Program-made: the position numbers and the translations under genes
The notes under the pieces: generated by a model
Database searches by the model: none
Told to the model about the DNA's origin: nothing
Seen by the model: the letters and a program-made list of their open reading frames with translations, nothing else
Part shown: one piece after another, positions 19,835 to 29,376 of the stretch
Layout: each line of letters begins with the position of its first letter
Position numbering within the stretch: the first letter of the stretch is position 1
Source of the DNA: an uncultured SAR116 cluster alpha proteobacterium
GTDB lineage: Bacteria; Pseudomonadota; Alphaproteobacteria; Puniceispirillales; Marisalimonadaceae
Length of the DNA stretch: 64,000 bases
Assembly: GCA_902589185.1 (NCBI GenBank)
Contig: CACIRZ010000004.1
Span: 2,554-66,553 of the forward strand
Reading direction: 5' to 3'

Positions 19835-22800
19835 ATGAGAGATAAAGGAAAAATGAAAAATTTTTTTTTGATATCATTTTTTATAATCAGTCTTTTTATA
19901 GTTGGATCAATCTCAACATTATTTGTAATTCCAGAGCGAACTCAAAACTTTATTATGGAGTCGTTAAATGTAAAAACCTTCTTAAATAAAAATATAAAGA
20001 ATTACATTTCAAGAAAAATAAATGATGAGAATATAAATGTTGATATAGGATCAATAAGTTTTTTGAAACCTGATTGGCCAAATATTGCTAGAATTGAATT
20101 AAACAATGTTAATATTTATTCTTTAAAACAAAAAAGGAAGTCAAAAATCAATTTAATAGAATTTGGATTTGCTTATGATAAACTTTTTACAAATTTGTTT
20201 ATTAATAAAAACGACATTCAGTTCAATTACATAAAATTTAGAGATTTAACGTTAAATGCACGAATTGAAAAAGATAAATTTTCACCTGGTCCTTTAGTAA
20301 AAATTTTTTCATTAATTAACAAAAATAATTTTCAAACTCAATCCTCTCTAAAAAAGATTTTTGATAGCAAAATTGTAATTGGTAAAATAAATCTTTTATT
20401 AATAAATGATAGAGATACACATAGTGAAGAAATTTTACAAATAAAGTGTGAAAACGTTATAATATCAAAAAGTATTCATACATCTAGATCCTTAGATATG
20501 GAATGTAACAAAGGAAAAAACAATCTATTTTCATTAAGAGCCAATTTAGATAAAAATTTTAATAACTTTAGTGGTAAAATAAAAGATTTTAATCCTAATT
20601 TCTTGCTAAGAGATTGGTTAAATAAAAATTTTAATTTTTTAAAAACAGACTCGCATAGTCAATTAAATGGAAGTTATACAATTAAAACTAAAAAAGATTT
20701 TAGTATACAAAGTGTAAATTTTGTATCTGATGAGTCAATTTTAACTTTAAAAAATATTGAAGATGAAAAAGGTTTAAAAACAAATATTAGCGGTGTATTC
20801 TCTTGGGAGAAGAAAAATAATATTCTACAATTTAATGATATAACATTAAGCAAACAATTAACCGCCACCGGTAAAATTGACTTGATATCCCAAAAGGGTT
20901 TTTCAGATTTTTTTATAAAAAATATTTCAGTCAAAGATACTAAAAATTATTTAAGTGAATTTTTCAATTACTACCATCTTCCTGTTGAATTAAATTTGAA
21001 TAAAATTTCACAAAAATTCAGAGGAGGCAACCTCAAAAATCTTAATATGAAAGTAAAATTTTCTTTTTTTGATGAATTTGTAGTAGACGAAATAATCGGA
21101 TCATTATTTTTTAGCAATACTAGATTTGAACATGATGATAAAATTTTTAAAAAATTATTTAGTACTATTTCAGGGGATGTTGATTTTAAGTTAAAACCTC
21201 AAAAACTTAATGAAAATCTGTTTAATTTAAATCTTATCGCAACTAATGGTTTTTTTTTAGTAAATAATCATATCCAATATAGATTTAGTAAAGCAGTATT
21301 AATTGGTCAATTTTATAATAATGCTCTTTTAATTTCCAAGGCAGATTTTTTTAAGAATTCAAACTTAGAGTATACTTTTCAAAATGTTAGGGTTAGTAAA
21401 GATTCGTTTAATTTAGAGAAGGCAAAGTACATTAGACGAAATAAAGTCCAATATTTTATCAGTAACACAACTATAAACGACATGATAGTTACCAAAAGTA
21501 CTGTTAAAATAAAAAACAATTCAGAAGTATCAAACTATATCAAAAGTAAATTTGATATTGAACTGACTGGAAATACAGATTTAAACCTTTTTCTAACAGG
21601 CAATCTGAAAAAATTTAACTTGAATTTAAAGTTGAATTCTAATTTAAAAAACTCATACCTAAAAATAAATCATCTAGATTTGATTAAGAAGAAAAATATC
21701 ACATCTTCTATTGAGTCCGAAATATCATTAATTGAAGGTGAAGTTGTTTTCGTAAAAAATACATATTTAAGAATTGATAGTAAAACTTATAAAATAGATC
21801 TTATTGAGTTTGAAAAGAAAAAAAATAATAAATTTTTAATCAAAAATTTAGTAACTCCTGACATAAATGTTGATGAAATAATTATAACAAACAATGATGA
21901 TGATTTAAATATACAAGCGTCTGGTAAAAAAATTAATTTACCCAGTCTTAATAAAAATTTAAGAAATAAAACTTATTTAAAGAAAAATATAATTCTTGAT
22001 TTAACTGCAGATCTAATAAAATTAAATTCTAAAATATCACTAACAGGAAATTTAAAAGGGGAAATAAAAGGTTCTTTATTCAAATCAATAGCGTATGGTA
22101 AAATATTATTAGGGGAAGCATCATTACTTGATAATGGTAAATTTGAAATTTACTCAGATAGCAAAATTTCTAGATTAGAGGGTGTAGGTCAAGTTGGAGG
22201 GGCAGAGACAAAAATTAATTTCCAAAAAAAAGCTAATAAATTTCCAAGTTTAATATTTGACACCTCAAATGGCGGAAAACTTCTAAGTGCTTTAGGTTTT
22301 ACGAAGAACATCAAAAGTGGAGACATGAAAATTAAAATAAAATTTTTGACTGATAAATATGATCAATATGAAGGACAAATAAAATCAAAAAATTTTAGTA
22401 TAATAAATGCTCCTGGAATAATTAACTCACTTTCAATTTTAAGCTTTTCAGGAATTAGATCAATAATAATTGGTGAAGGAGTTTTCTTTGATAAAGGAGA
22501 AGTGAATATCGAAGTTAAAAATAATAGTTTTAACTTTGATAAGCTTCACCTAACAAGTGAATCACTAGGGATTGCTGCAAAAGGTAACTTAAATTTAGAA
22601 AAAAATTCAATTCAAATGACAGGTTCAGTTGCTCCAATTAAATTAATATCAAAAATACTAAGTGTTGTGCCTGCTGTTGGTGAGTTGTTAACAGGATTAA
22701 AAAAAGAAGGATTGTTTGCTGGGCAATTTGAAATGAAAGGTATGATTGAAAATCCAGAAATTAAATTAAATACAATGTCATTTGCTCCAGGAATTTTAAG

Positions 22801-22864
22801 AGATTTATTTTCTGAGGATTGGCTTGAAAATGATAATTTTTTTATAAAAAGAGCTATAGACTAA
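19835..22864 (+). CDS. AsmA-like/YhdP-type large envelope protein
   Basis: N-terminal TM, long beta-rich body, C-terminal AsmA_2-like segment (G.VAP, VPAVGELL, NPEIKLN, APGILR); position between bcp and tyrS. Confidence 0.7.
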   Translation: MRDKGKMKNFFLISFFIISLFIVGSISTLFVIPERTQNFIMESLNVKTFLNKNIKNYISRKINDENINVDIGSISFLKPDWPNIARIELNNVNIYSLKQKRKSKINLIEFGFAYDKLFTNLFINKNDIQFNYIKFRDLTLNARIEKDKFSPGPLVKIFSLINKNNFQTQSSLKKIFDSKIVIGKINLLLINDRDTHSEEILQIKCENVIISKSIHTSRSLDMECNKGKNNLFSLRANLDKNFNNFSGKIKDFNPNFLLRDWLNKNFNFLKTDSHSQLNGSYTIKTKKDFSIQSVNFVSDESILTLKNIEDEKGLKTNISGVFSWEKKNNILQFNDITLSKQLTATGKIDLISQKGFSDFFIKNISVKDTKNYLSEFFNYYHLPVELNLNKISQKFRGGNLKNLNMKVKFSFFDEFVVDEIIGSLFFSNTRFEHDDKIFKKLFSTISGDVDFKLKPQKLNENLFNLNLIATNGFFLVNNHIQYRFSKAVLIGQFYNNALLISKADFFKNSNLEYTFQNVRVSKDSFNLEKAKYIRRNKVQYFISNTTINDMIVTKSTVKIKNNSEVSNYIKSKFDIELTGNTDLNLFLTGNLKKFNLNLKLNSNLKNSYLKINHLDLIKKKNITSSIESEISLIEGEVVFVKNTYLRIDSKTYKIDLIEFEKKKNNKFLIKNLVTPDINVDEIIITNNDDDLNIQASGKKINLPSLNKNLRNKTYLKKNIILDLTADLIKLNSKISLTGNLKGEIKGSLFKSIAYGKILLGEASLLDNGKFEIYSDSKISRLEGVGQVGGAETKINFQKKANKFPSLIFDTSNGGKLLSALGFTKNIKSGDMKIKIKFLTDKYDQYEGQIKSKNFSIINAPGIINSLSILSFSGIRSIIIGEGVFFDKGEVNIEVKNNSFNFDKLHLTSESLGIAAKGNLNLEKNSIQMTGSVAPIKLISKILSVVPAVGELLTGLKKEGLFAGQFEMKGMIENPEIKLNTMSFAPGILRDLFSEDWLENDNFFIKRAID

Positions 22865-24106
22865 TTAAGTCAAAATAAGCAGACCATGTTTTTTTTTACC
22901 GTAAGAAATTTTTACTTTCCCATTTTTATAATCCTTATTGGATAATGTATAGTTTTCGTCATTTATGACAATGTCATTGATTTTTGCTCCATTGCCTCTA
23001 ATTAATCTTCTTGCTTCTCCATTTGATTTTAAAAAATTAAGAATTTTTAAGGCATCAATAAAACTTAATTCACTGTTAGTAACTTCCACACTTGGTAAAG
23101 TGTCGTCTGTTTCAGAATTACTAAATAATTTTGCTGATGACGAAGCAATTTTATGAGCTGCTTCTGAACTTCTACATAATTTTGTAACTTCATTCGCTAA
23201 AATTATTTTAGCTTCATTGATTTCAGCACCCTTAAATTTTTCAAATTTTGTTATTTCTGAAATGGGAAGTTCAGTGAATAATTTTAAAAATTTAATTACA
23301 TCCAAATCTTCTGTATTTCTCCAATATTGCCAAAAATCCCAATCAGATAATTGATTTTTATTTAACCAAATAGCACCGTTAGCTGTTTTACCCATTTTTG
23401 ATCCGCTGCTAGTCGTTAGAAGTGGAGAAGTTAGTCCAAAAGCTTGTTCTGAAGAAGCTTTCCTGACTAAATCTATACCAGTAACAATATTACCCCATTG
23501 ATCAGAACCACCCATTTGTAATTTACAATTATAATTTTTTGCAAGTTGTAGAAAATCAAAAGCTTGCAGAAGTGAATAATTAAATTCTAAAAAAGATAAA
23601 TTTTGTTCTCTTTCTAGTCTTAGTTTAACGCTTTCTAAGTTGATAAGTTTGTTCACTGAAAAATATGATCCATAATCTCTTAAAAATGATATATAATTCA
23701 AATTTTCTAACCAATCTGCATTATCTACCATAATAGCATCGTTATCATTTTCACCGAATTTTAAGAATTTTTCAAAAATTGTTTTAATATTTTCTTTATT
23801 AAATTTTATTTTTTCTGAAGAAAGTAGTGGTCGTGCACTGTCTTTACCGGAAGGATCTCCAACTTTTGTTGTACCTCCTCCCATAAGCACTATAGGTTTA
23901 TTTCCTGATTTTTGAAGCCAACGTAACATCATTATTTGAATTAGAGATCCAATATGCAATGATGGAGCTGTACAATCAAATCCAATATATCCAACTACTG
24001 AACCAGCATTCATTTCTTTTTGAAGATTTTCCATATCAGTAATTTGATGGATGAAACCTCGTTCATTCATAATTTTAATAAATTCAGAGTTATTAATCTT
24101 ACTCAT
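22865..24106 (-). CDS. tyrS: Tyrosine--tRNA ligase
   Basis: YIGFDCTAPSLHIGS (HIGH-like), QMGGSDQWGNI, KMGKT, C-terminal S4 domain. Confidence 0.96.
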   Translation of the reverse strand: MSKINNSEFIKIMNERGFIHQITDMENLQKEMNAGSVVGYIGFDCTAPSLHIGSLIQIMMLRWLQKSGNKPIVLMGGGTTKVGDPSGKDSARPLLSSEKIKFNKENIKTIFEKFLKFGENDNDAIMVDNADWLENLNYISFLRDYGSYFSVNKLINLESVKLRLEREQNLSFLEFNYSLLQAFDFLQLAKNYNCKLQMGGSDQWGNIVTGIDLVRKASSEQAFGLTSPLLTTSSGSKMGKTANGAIWLNKNQLSDWDFWQYWRNTEDLDVIKFLKLFTELPISEITKFEKFKGAEINEAKIILANEVTKLCRSSEAAHKIASSSAKLFSNSETDDTLPSVEVTNSELSFIDALKILNFLKSNGEARRLIRGNGAKINDIVINDENYTLSNKDYKNGKVKISYGKKKHGLLILT

Positions 24107-24130
24107 TTATAAAACTCATAATTATTTATA

Positions 24131-24790
24131 TTAAAGTTCAATGTATTCAGACGAATCCAAAACATTATTAAGATATTTTTGGATTGAAGTTAATAATTCT
24201 TGATCATGATTTGAGAACATATGATTAGCTTCTTTTATAAATTCGACATCTATTTTTATACCTTTTTGAATAGATATTTTATCTACAAGTCTTTGAATAA
24301 CATCAATTGGAACTCTTTTGTTGTCCTCCCCATGAATGATTAGACCTGATGCAGGACATGGCGCAAGGAATGAGAAATCAAATTTGTCAGCAGGAGGCGA
24401 TACTGCAATAAAACCTGTAATTTCTGGTCTTCTCATCATTAATTGCATTCCTACCCATGAACCAAAAGAAAACCCAGCAATGAATGTGTATCTAGAATGA
24501 ATGTTTTGTGATTGTATCCAATCTAACACAGCAGCCGCATCTGCTAGTTCACCTTCCCCCCCTTCATATATACCTTCGCTTCTTCCTACACCCCTAAAGT
24601 TGAAGCGTAAAACAGAAAAACCTCTGTTTCTAAACTCGTGATATATAGCATAAGAAACTTTATTATTCATACTTCCGCCTTGGTTAGGTTCAGGATGTAA
24701 TATTAAAGCTATAGGGCTATCAGGAGATTGTCCGGAATGATATCTGCACTCTATTCTTCCGTGCGGACCATTTAGAATTACCTCAGGCAT
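24131..24790 (-). CDS. Alpha/beta hydrolase (conserved alphaproteobacterial family)
   Basis: LRFNFRGVGRSEG, AGFSFG nucleophile elbow, FSFLAPCP. Confidence 0.85.
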   Translation of the reverse strand: MPEVILNGPHGRIECRYHSGQSPDSPIALILHPEPNQGGSMNNKVSYAIYHEFRNRGFSVLRFNFRGVGRSEGIYEGGEGELADAAAVLDWIQSQNIHSRYTFIAGFSFGSWVGMQLMMRRPEITGFIAVSPPADKFDFSFLAPCPASGLIIHGEDNKRVPIDVIQRLVDKISIQKGIKIDVEFIKEANHMFSNHDQELLTSIQKYLNNVLDSSEYIEL

Positions 24791-24987
24791 TTGTTTTCTC
24801 CAGAAAATGAATAAATGACTTTATATCATAAAATAAAATTCTTATAAAACTATTAAGAGATTAAGATAAAATTTATAGTCCACCAAATAATTACTAAATT
24901 TACTTCTGTCAATATTAATTGGGTATTAAAATTTAAAATTACTTTTATTTGAAATATAGTATAAATACCTAAGTAATATGGAATCAT

Positions 24988-25689
24988 ATGATGATATTTA
25001 AAAATTTAATTAATGAAATCGACTCTATTATAGAAAGAGATCCAGCTGCTGAGAGTAGGTTAGGGGTTGTTTTTTTATATCCAACATTTCATGTGATGTT
25101 GTTCTATAAAATTGGAAATATTTTTTGGAGATACAATTTAAAATTTATTGGTAGGATGATTATGTATTTTGCTAGAATTTTTACAGGCATAGAAATACAT
25201 CCAGCAGCTAAAATAGGAAAAAATTTTTTTATGGATCATGGTTTAGGTATAGTTATTGGTGAGACAGCTGAAATAGGAGAAAACGTAACTATTTATCAAG
25301 GTGTTACTTTAGGAGGCATTATGCCGTCAATAGAAAGTGAATTACAAAGAAATCAAAAAAGGCATCCCACAATTGGAAATAATGTAATTATAGGTTCTGG
25401 TGCTCAAATTTTAGGAGCAATAAAAGTTGGAGACAATGCAAGAATCGGAGCTAATTCTGTTGTTTCAAGGGATGTGCCACCTAATGTAACTGTAGCAGGA
25501 GTACCTGCAAGAGAATTTGCAAGATCAAAGAAAAAGGAAACTTTTAAAGCCTATGGAATATCAGCAAATGATACTGATCCAAGAGAAAAAATATTAGTTG
25601 ATTTACTCAAAAAAGTTGAAAATTTAGAAAAAAAAATGAAGACTTTGGATAACAAAAAAGTTACAAAAAATAAAATTAAAAAAAAATAA
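24988..25689 (+). CDS. cysE: Serine O-acetyltransferase
   Basis: RDPAA, TGIEIHPAA, DHGLGIVIGETA, VTLGG, KRHPTIG hexapeptide repeats. Confidence 0.93.
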   Translation: MMIFKNLINEIDSIIERDPAAESRLGVVFLYPTFHVMLFYKIGNIFWRYNLKFIGRMIMYFARIFTGIEIHPAAKIGKNFFMDHGLGIVIGETAEIGENVTIYQGVTLGGIMPSIESELQRNQKRHPTIGNNVIIGSGAQILGAIKVGDNARIGANSVVSRDVPPNVTVAGVPAREFARSKKKETFKAYGISANDTDPREKILVDLLKKVENLEKKMKTLDNKKVTKNKIKKK

Positions 25690-25728
25690 ATTAAAAACTT
25701 TTAATGTTTTAGGTTTCAAGCTTTAGTT

Positions 25729-26856
25729 GTGAAAAAACAAATTTATCTAGACTATAATGCGACTGTTCCAATATTAAAGGAAGTAAAAGAATCCTTAATA
25801 GATTGTATGAACGTTGGGCCATTGAATGCATCGTCAATTCATTATTATGGCAGAAAAGGTAAGGATATAATTGATATTGCAAGGACAAACATAAGTAAAT
25901 TAATTAATACAAACAAGAATCATATAATTTTTACTGGCTCTGCAACAGAAGCTATTAATCTGCTATTTAGTAATTTTGAAACCATTGTCGTAAGTTCTGT
26001 AGAACATTTTGCAGTGTTATCTTCATCCAGAAGTGATCACATAATTCCTGTAAATCAAGATGGTGTCGTAGATTTGAGTTATCTTGAATCATATTTAAAA
26101 AAATTAGTTATAAATAATAAAAAAATACTGGTATCGGTTATGTGGGTTAATAACGAGACAGGCATTATACAGCCAATTGAGCATGTTGTTGAAATTGCTA
26201 AAAAATTTGGATGTTTAGTTCATTGTGATGCTGCACAAGCTCTTGGTAAAATTAAAATAAATCTTGAAGAAATAGAATTAGATTTTTTAACACTCTCAGG
26301 TCACAAAATCGGTGCTCCAACTGGGATAGGCGCTTTGATTTATAATGACAACATAGATTTAACACCACAAATTTTAGGTGGTGGGCAAGAAAAAGGGATG
26401 AGAGCAGGAACAGAAAATATTCTTGGAATAAGAGGATTTGGTGAAGCTGCTAAATTCTTTATTAATTCAAATGAAAAAAATTGTTCAAAAGTAAAATCTC
26501 TAAGAGATTATTTTCAAGAAAAAATAAAGACTTTAAGTCCGGAAACAATTTTTTTTGGCGAAAAAGCAAATAAAGTTGCAAACACAATTCTAATGGCTCT
26601 ACCTAAAATACCTGGAGATTTAGCATTGATGAAATTAGATTTAGAATCATTTTCAGTCAGTTCTGGTTCAGCTTGTAGTTCTGGTAAAGTTTCAAAAAGT
26701 CATGTTGTTAGCGCGATGGGATATGATAATCTTGCTTCAAACTCTGTGCGATTTTCTTTTCCTCCAAATGATGCTATTTTAAATTTAGAAAACTTGATAA
26801 CTAGAAAAGAATTAGATAGGTTGGCTCAGTGTTGGTCAAATTTGCAAGCAAAATAA
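25729..26856 (+). CDS. Cysteine desulfurase (IscS/NifS-like)
   Basis: YLDYNAT, NNETG, HCDAAQ, SGHK (PLP lysine), RAGTEN, SSGSACSSG. Confidence 0.9.
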   Translation: MKKQIYLDYNATVPILKEVKESLIDCMNVGPLNASSIHYYGRKGKDIIDIARTNISKLINTNKNHIIFTGSATEAINLLFSNFETIVVSSVEHFAVLSSSRSDHIIPVNQDGVVDLSYLESYLKKLVINNKKILVSVMWVNNETGIIQPIEHVVEIAKKFGCLVHCDAAQALGKIKINLEEIELDFLTLSGHKIGAPTGIGALIYNDNIDLTPQILGGGQEKGMRAGTENILGIRGFGEAAKFFINSNEKNCSKVKSLRDYFQEKIKTLSPETIFFGEKANKVANTILMALPKIPGDLALMKLDLESFSVSSGSACSSGKVSKSHVVSAMGYDNLASNSVRFSFPPNDAILNLENLITRKELDRLAQCWSNLQAK

Positions 26857-26860
26857 TAAT

Positions 26861-27184
26861 ATGGAGTCTAATGTGACAAAACTTGTATTTGTTAATACAG
26901 ATGGCAATGAAAAATCTGTAGAAGCAGAAAATGGATTATCTTTAATGGAAGTGGCTAGAGATAATGATTTAGGAATTGAAGGTACTTGTGGAGGATCAAT
27001 CTCCTGTTGTACTTGTCATGTTATCATAGATAAAGATTGGTTTCCGGTTGTTGGAGGTCCTAATCCTGATGAAGAAGATATGCTAGATTTAGCTGATGGA
27101 TTAAAACCAACTTCTCGATTAGGATGTCAAATTGAAGTTACTGACAAACTTGATGGTTTAAGAGTTTCAATTCCTGAAGAGTAA
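26861..27184 (+). CDS. 2Fe-2S ferredoxin (adrenodoxin/ISC type)
   Basis: CGGSISCCTCHV, EEDMLD, SRLGCQ. Confidence 0.9.
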   Translation: MESNVTKLVFVNTDGNEKSVEAENGLSLMEVARDNDLGIEGTCGGSISCCTCHVIIDKDWFPVVGGPNPDEEDMLDLADGLKPTSRLGCQIEVTDKLDGLRVSIPEE

Positions 27185-27186
27185 GG

Positions 27187-28380
27187 TTGATGATCAATAT
27201 TAACCAAATCAAAAAAGAAATGGATTTAGAGGGTGATCCATCAAATCATCGTGTAGTTGTAGCAATGTCAGGCGGTGTAGACTCATCTGTAACCGCTGCA
27301 TTGCTTGTTGAAGCGGGTTATGAAGTGGTTGGTTTAACCATGCAACTATATGATTATGGCAAAGCTCTTCAAAAAAAAGGTGCATGTTGTGCAGGTTCAG
27401 ATATTAATGATGCTAGATTAGTTTCAAGTAAGCTAGGTATTCCTCATTATGTTTTGAACTATGAAAGTATTTTCCAAGATCAAGTTATGAATGACTTCGC
27501 AGATACTTATCTAAGAGGTGAAACTCCAATTCCTTGTGTGAGATGTAATCAGACAGTTAAATTTACAGATATGTTTGATAGAGCAAAAAACCTCGGTGCT
27601 AGCGCGATGGCCACTGGACATTATATTAGAAGAAAAACAAAAAAAGGGAACTTAAGTCTATATACTGGAGTAGACCCTTCAAAAGATCAATCCTATTTTT
27701 TATTTGCTACAACTATAAAACAACTTGATTTTGTAAGATTTCCTCTTGGGTCGTTAACAAAAGATGAAACCAGATCTGTTGCTAAACGTCATGATCTTAA
27801 TGTCGCTAATAAACCTGATAGCCAAGATATATGCTTTGTTCCCGAAGGTAGATATGCAGAGGTAGTTAGAAAATTGAGGCCAGGATGTGTTGAGCCAGGA
27901 AATATACTTGATATAAATGGAAATATTTTAGGTAAACATAATGGTATAATTGACTTCACCATTGGTCAAAGAAAAGGGATTGGTGTTGGGGGTAGAAAAG
28001 GGATAGATGACAATAATAGTATTTTATACGTAATTGCTCTTGATACAAAAAAAAATAATGTAATCGTTGGTTCAAAAGAGTTTTTATCGTGCAATAAAAT
28101 TAAAATATCTGACTGCAACTGGCTAATTGATCTAGTAAATGAAAAAGAGTTTAGAGTGTTAGTTAAGTTAAGAAATTCTTCGCAACCAGTAATTGGAACT
28201 ATTAAAGTTAATTTTGATAATAATCTTACCTATCTAACATTTGATGAACCTCAATTTGGTGTTTCAACTGGTCAAGCTGCTGTATTTTACAATATAAAAG
28301 ACAGTTCTCATATATTAGGTGGCGGGTGGATAACAGAAGCTCCTAATAAATCAGCTGATATTCAATTTCATAATGCATAA
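27187..28380 (+). CDS. mnmA: tRNA 2-thiouridylase
   Basis: AMSGGVDSS, TPIPCVRCN, ATGHY, KDQSYFL, DSQDICF, TIGQRKG. Confidence 0.95.
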   Translation: MMININQIKKEMDLEGDPSNHRVVVAMSGGVDSSVTAALLVEAGYEVVGLTMQLYDYGKALQKKGACCAGSDINDARLVSSKLGIPHYVLNYESIFQDQVMNDFADTYLRGETPIPCVRCNQTVKFTDMFDRAKNLGASAMATGHYIRRKTKKGNLSLYTGVDPSKDQSYFLFATTIKQLDFVRFPLGSLTKDETRSVAKRHDLNVANKPDSQDICFVPEGRYAEVVRKLRPGCVEPGNILDINGNILGKHNGIIDFTIGQRKGIGVGGRKGIDDNNSILYVIALDTKKNNVIVGSKEFLSCNKIKISDCNWLIDLVNEKEFRVLVKLRNSSQPVIGTIKVNFDNNLTYLTFDEPQFGVSTGQAAVFYNIKDSSHILGGGWITEAPNKSADIQFHNA

Positions 28381-29023
28381 ATTAGATCATATTGTGTTTG
28401 GGTCTTCTACTTTAGAAGAAGGAACTGAATTTGTTGAAAATATACTTCAAGCCAAGCTAAGTGATATTGGTTTTCACAAGGATATGGGGACACATAATAG
28501 AGTGATAAGAATTGGTGAAAGGGTTTACCTAGAGATAATTGCAATCGATCCAAAAATAAGCAATTTGAATAATAGAAAATGGTTCAATTTAGATAACTCA
28601 AAACTACAATCCAAATTAAAAAAATCACCACAAATTATTGGTTATGTAATTGAAAATACTGATATAAGCATCAACAAGTATTATGATCCTTTTTTTTTAG
28701 TATCGCGTGATAATTATAAATGGCAATTTGCAATGCCAACGTTTAAAAATAATATTTTAGAAAGTGAAATTATAGAAGCAGGAATCATACCTAGTTTAAT
28801 TTCTTGGAAAAGTCATAAGCCAGTATATCAAATGAAAAGAAATCAATTTGAACTAATTAGCTTTGAGATTTGGCTTTCAGAAGCACAACAACATTTTAAT
28901 ACTTTTTTTAAAACTTTTGGTGAAATTGAATATGTATCAGTTTCAATGGCAACAGAAGAAGAGCCTTCAATTTTTAAGTTAAAACTCAAAGATAATTTTA
29001 GGGATATAGTTATTTCATTATAA
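28373..29023 (+). CDS. VOC family (Glyoxalase_3) protein
   Basis: LDHIV, MGTHNRVI, YLEIIAIDP, WFNLD, PSLISW. Confidence 0.75.
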   Translation: MHKLDHIVFGSSTLEEGTEFVENILQAKLSDIGFHKDMGTHNRVIRIGERVYLEIIAIDPKISNLNNRKWFNLDNSKLQSKLKKSPQIIGYVIENTDISINKYYDPFFLVSRDNYKWQFAMPTFKNNILESEIIEAGIIPSLISWKSHKPVYQMKRNQFELISFEIWLSEAQQHFNTFFKTFGEIEYVSVSMATEEEPSIFKLKLKDNFRDIVISL

Positions 29024-29089
29024 AATATAATAATGAATGTAATTACTTGACTACAAAATAAATTATATTTAGTAACTACTCTAATGAAA

Positions 29090-29166
29090 GGCGGAGTAGC
29101 TCAGCTGGTTAGAGCACCGGAATCATAATCCGGGTGTCGGGGGTTCAAGTCCCTCCTCCGCTACCA
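29090..29166 (+). tRNA. tRNA-Met (CAT), probably elongator
   Basis: GGCGGAG/CTCCGCT acceptor stem, CCGGA-ATCATAA-TCCGG anticodon arm, GGTTCAAGTCC T arm, encoded CCA; lacks initiator features; Ile2 not fully excluded. Confidence 0.93.
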
Positions 29167-29376
29167 ATTGTTCATTGAAAAATAAACCACTGCTTAATTT
29201 TTATATATAAAATTAAGTTAGATCTGATTTCAAAATAATAGTTAAAGAGATGTAACTAACCTGTCATTTATATTAATATATACATATAAAGATTGAATAA
29301 ATCATTAACTTAACTTTAATGCTCTTAAACAAAACACCAGGGTTCAAAAAAAATCAGATTTGTAAAAAGCTTTATT

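Noticed and set aside
19835-22864. Very K/N/I-rich 1009-aa protein as a novel or foreign gene
   Set aside because: C-terminal AsmA-like motifs and the bcp-tyrS position indicate a fast-evolving core envelope protein
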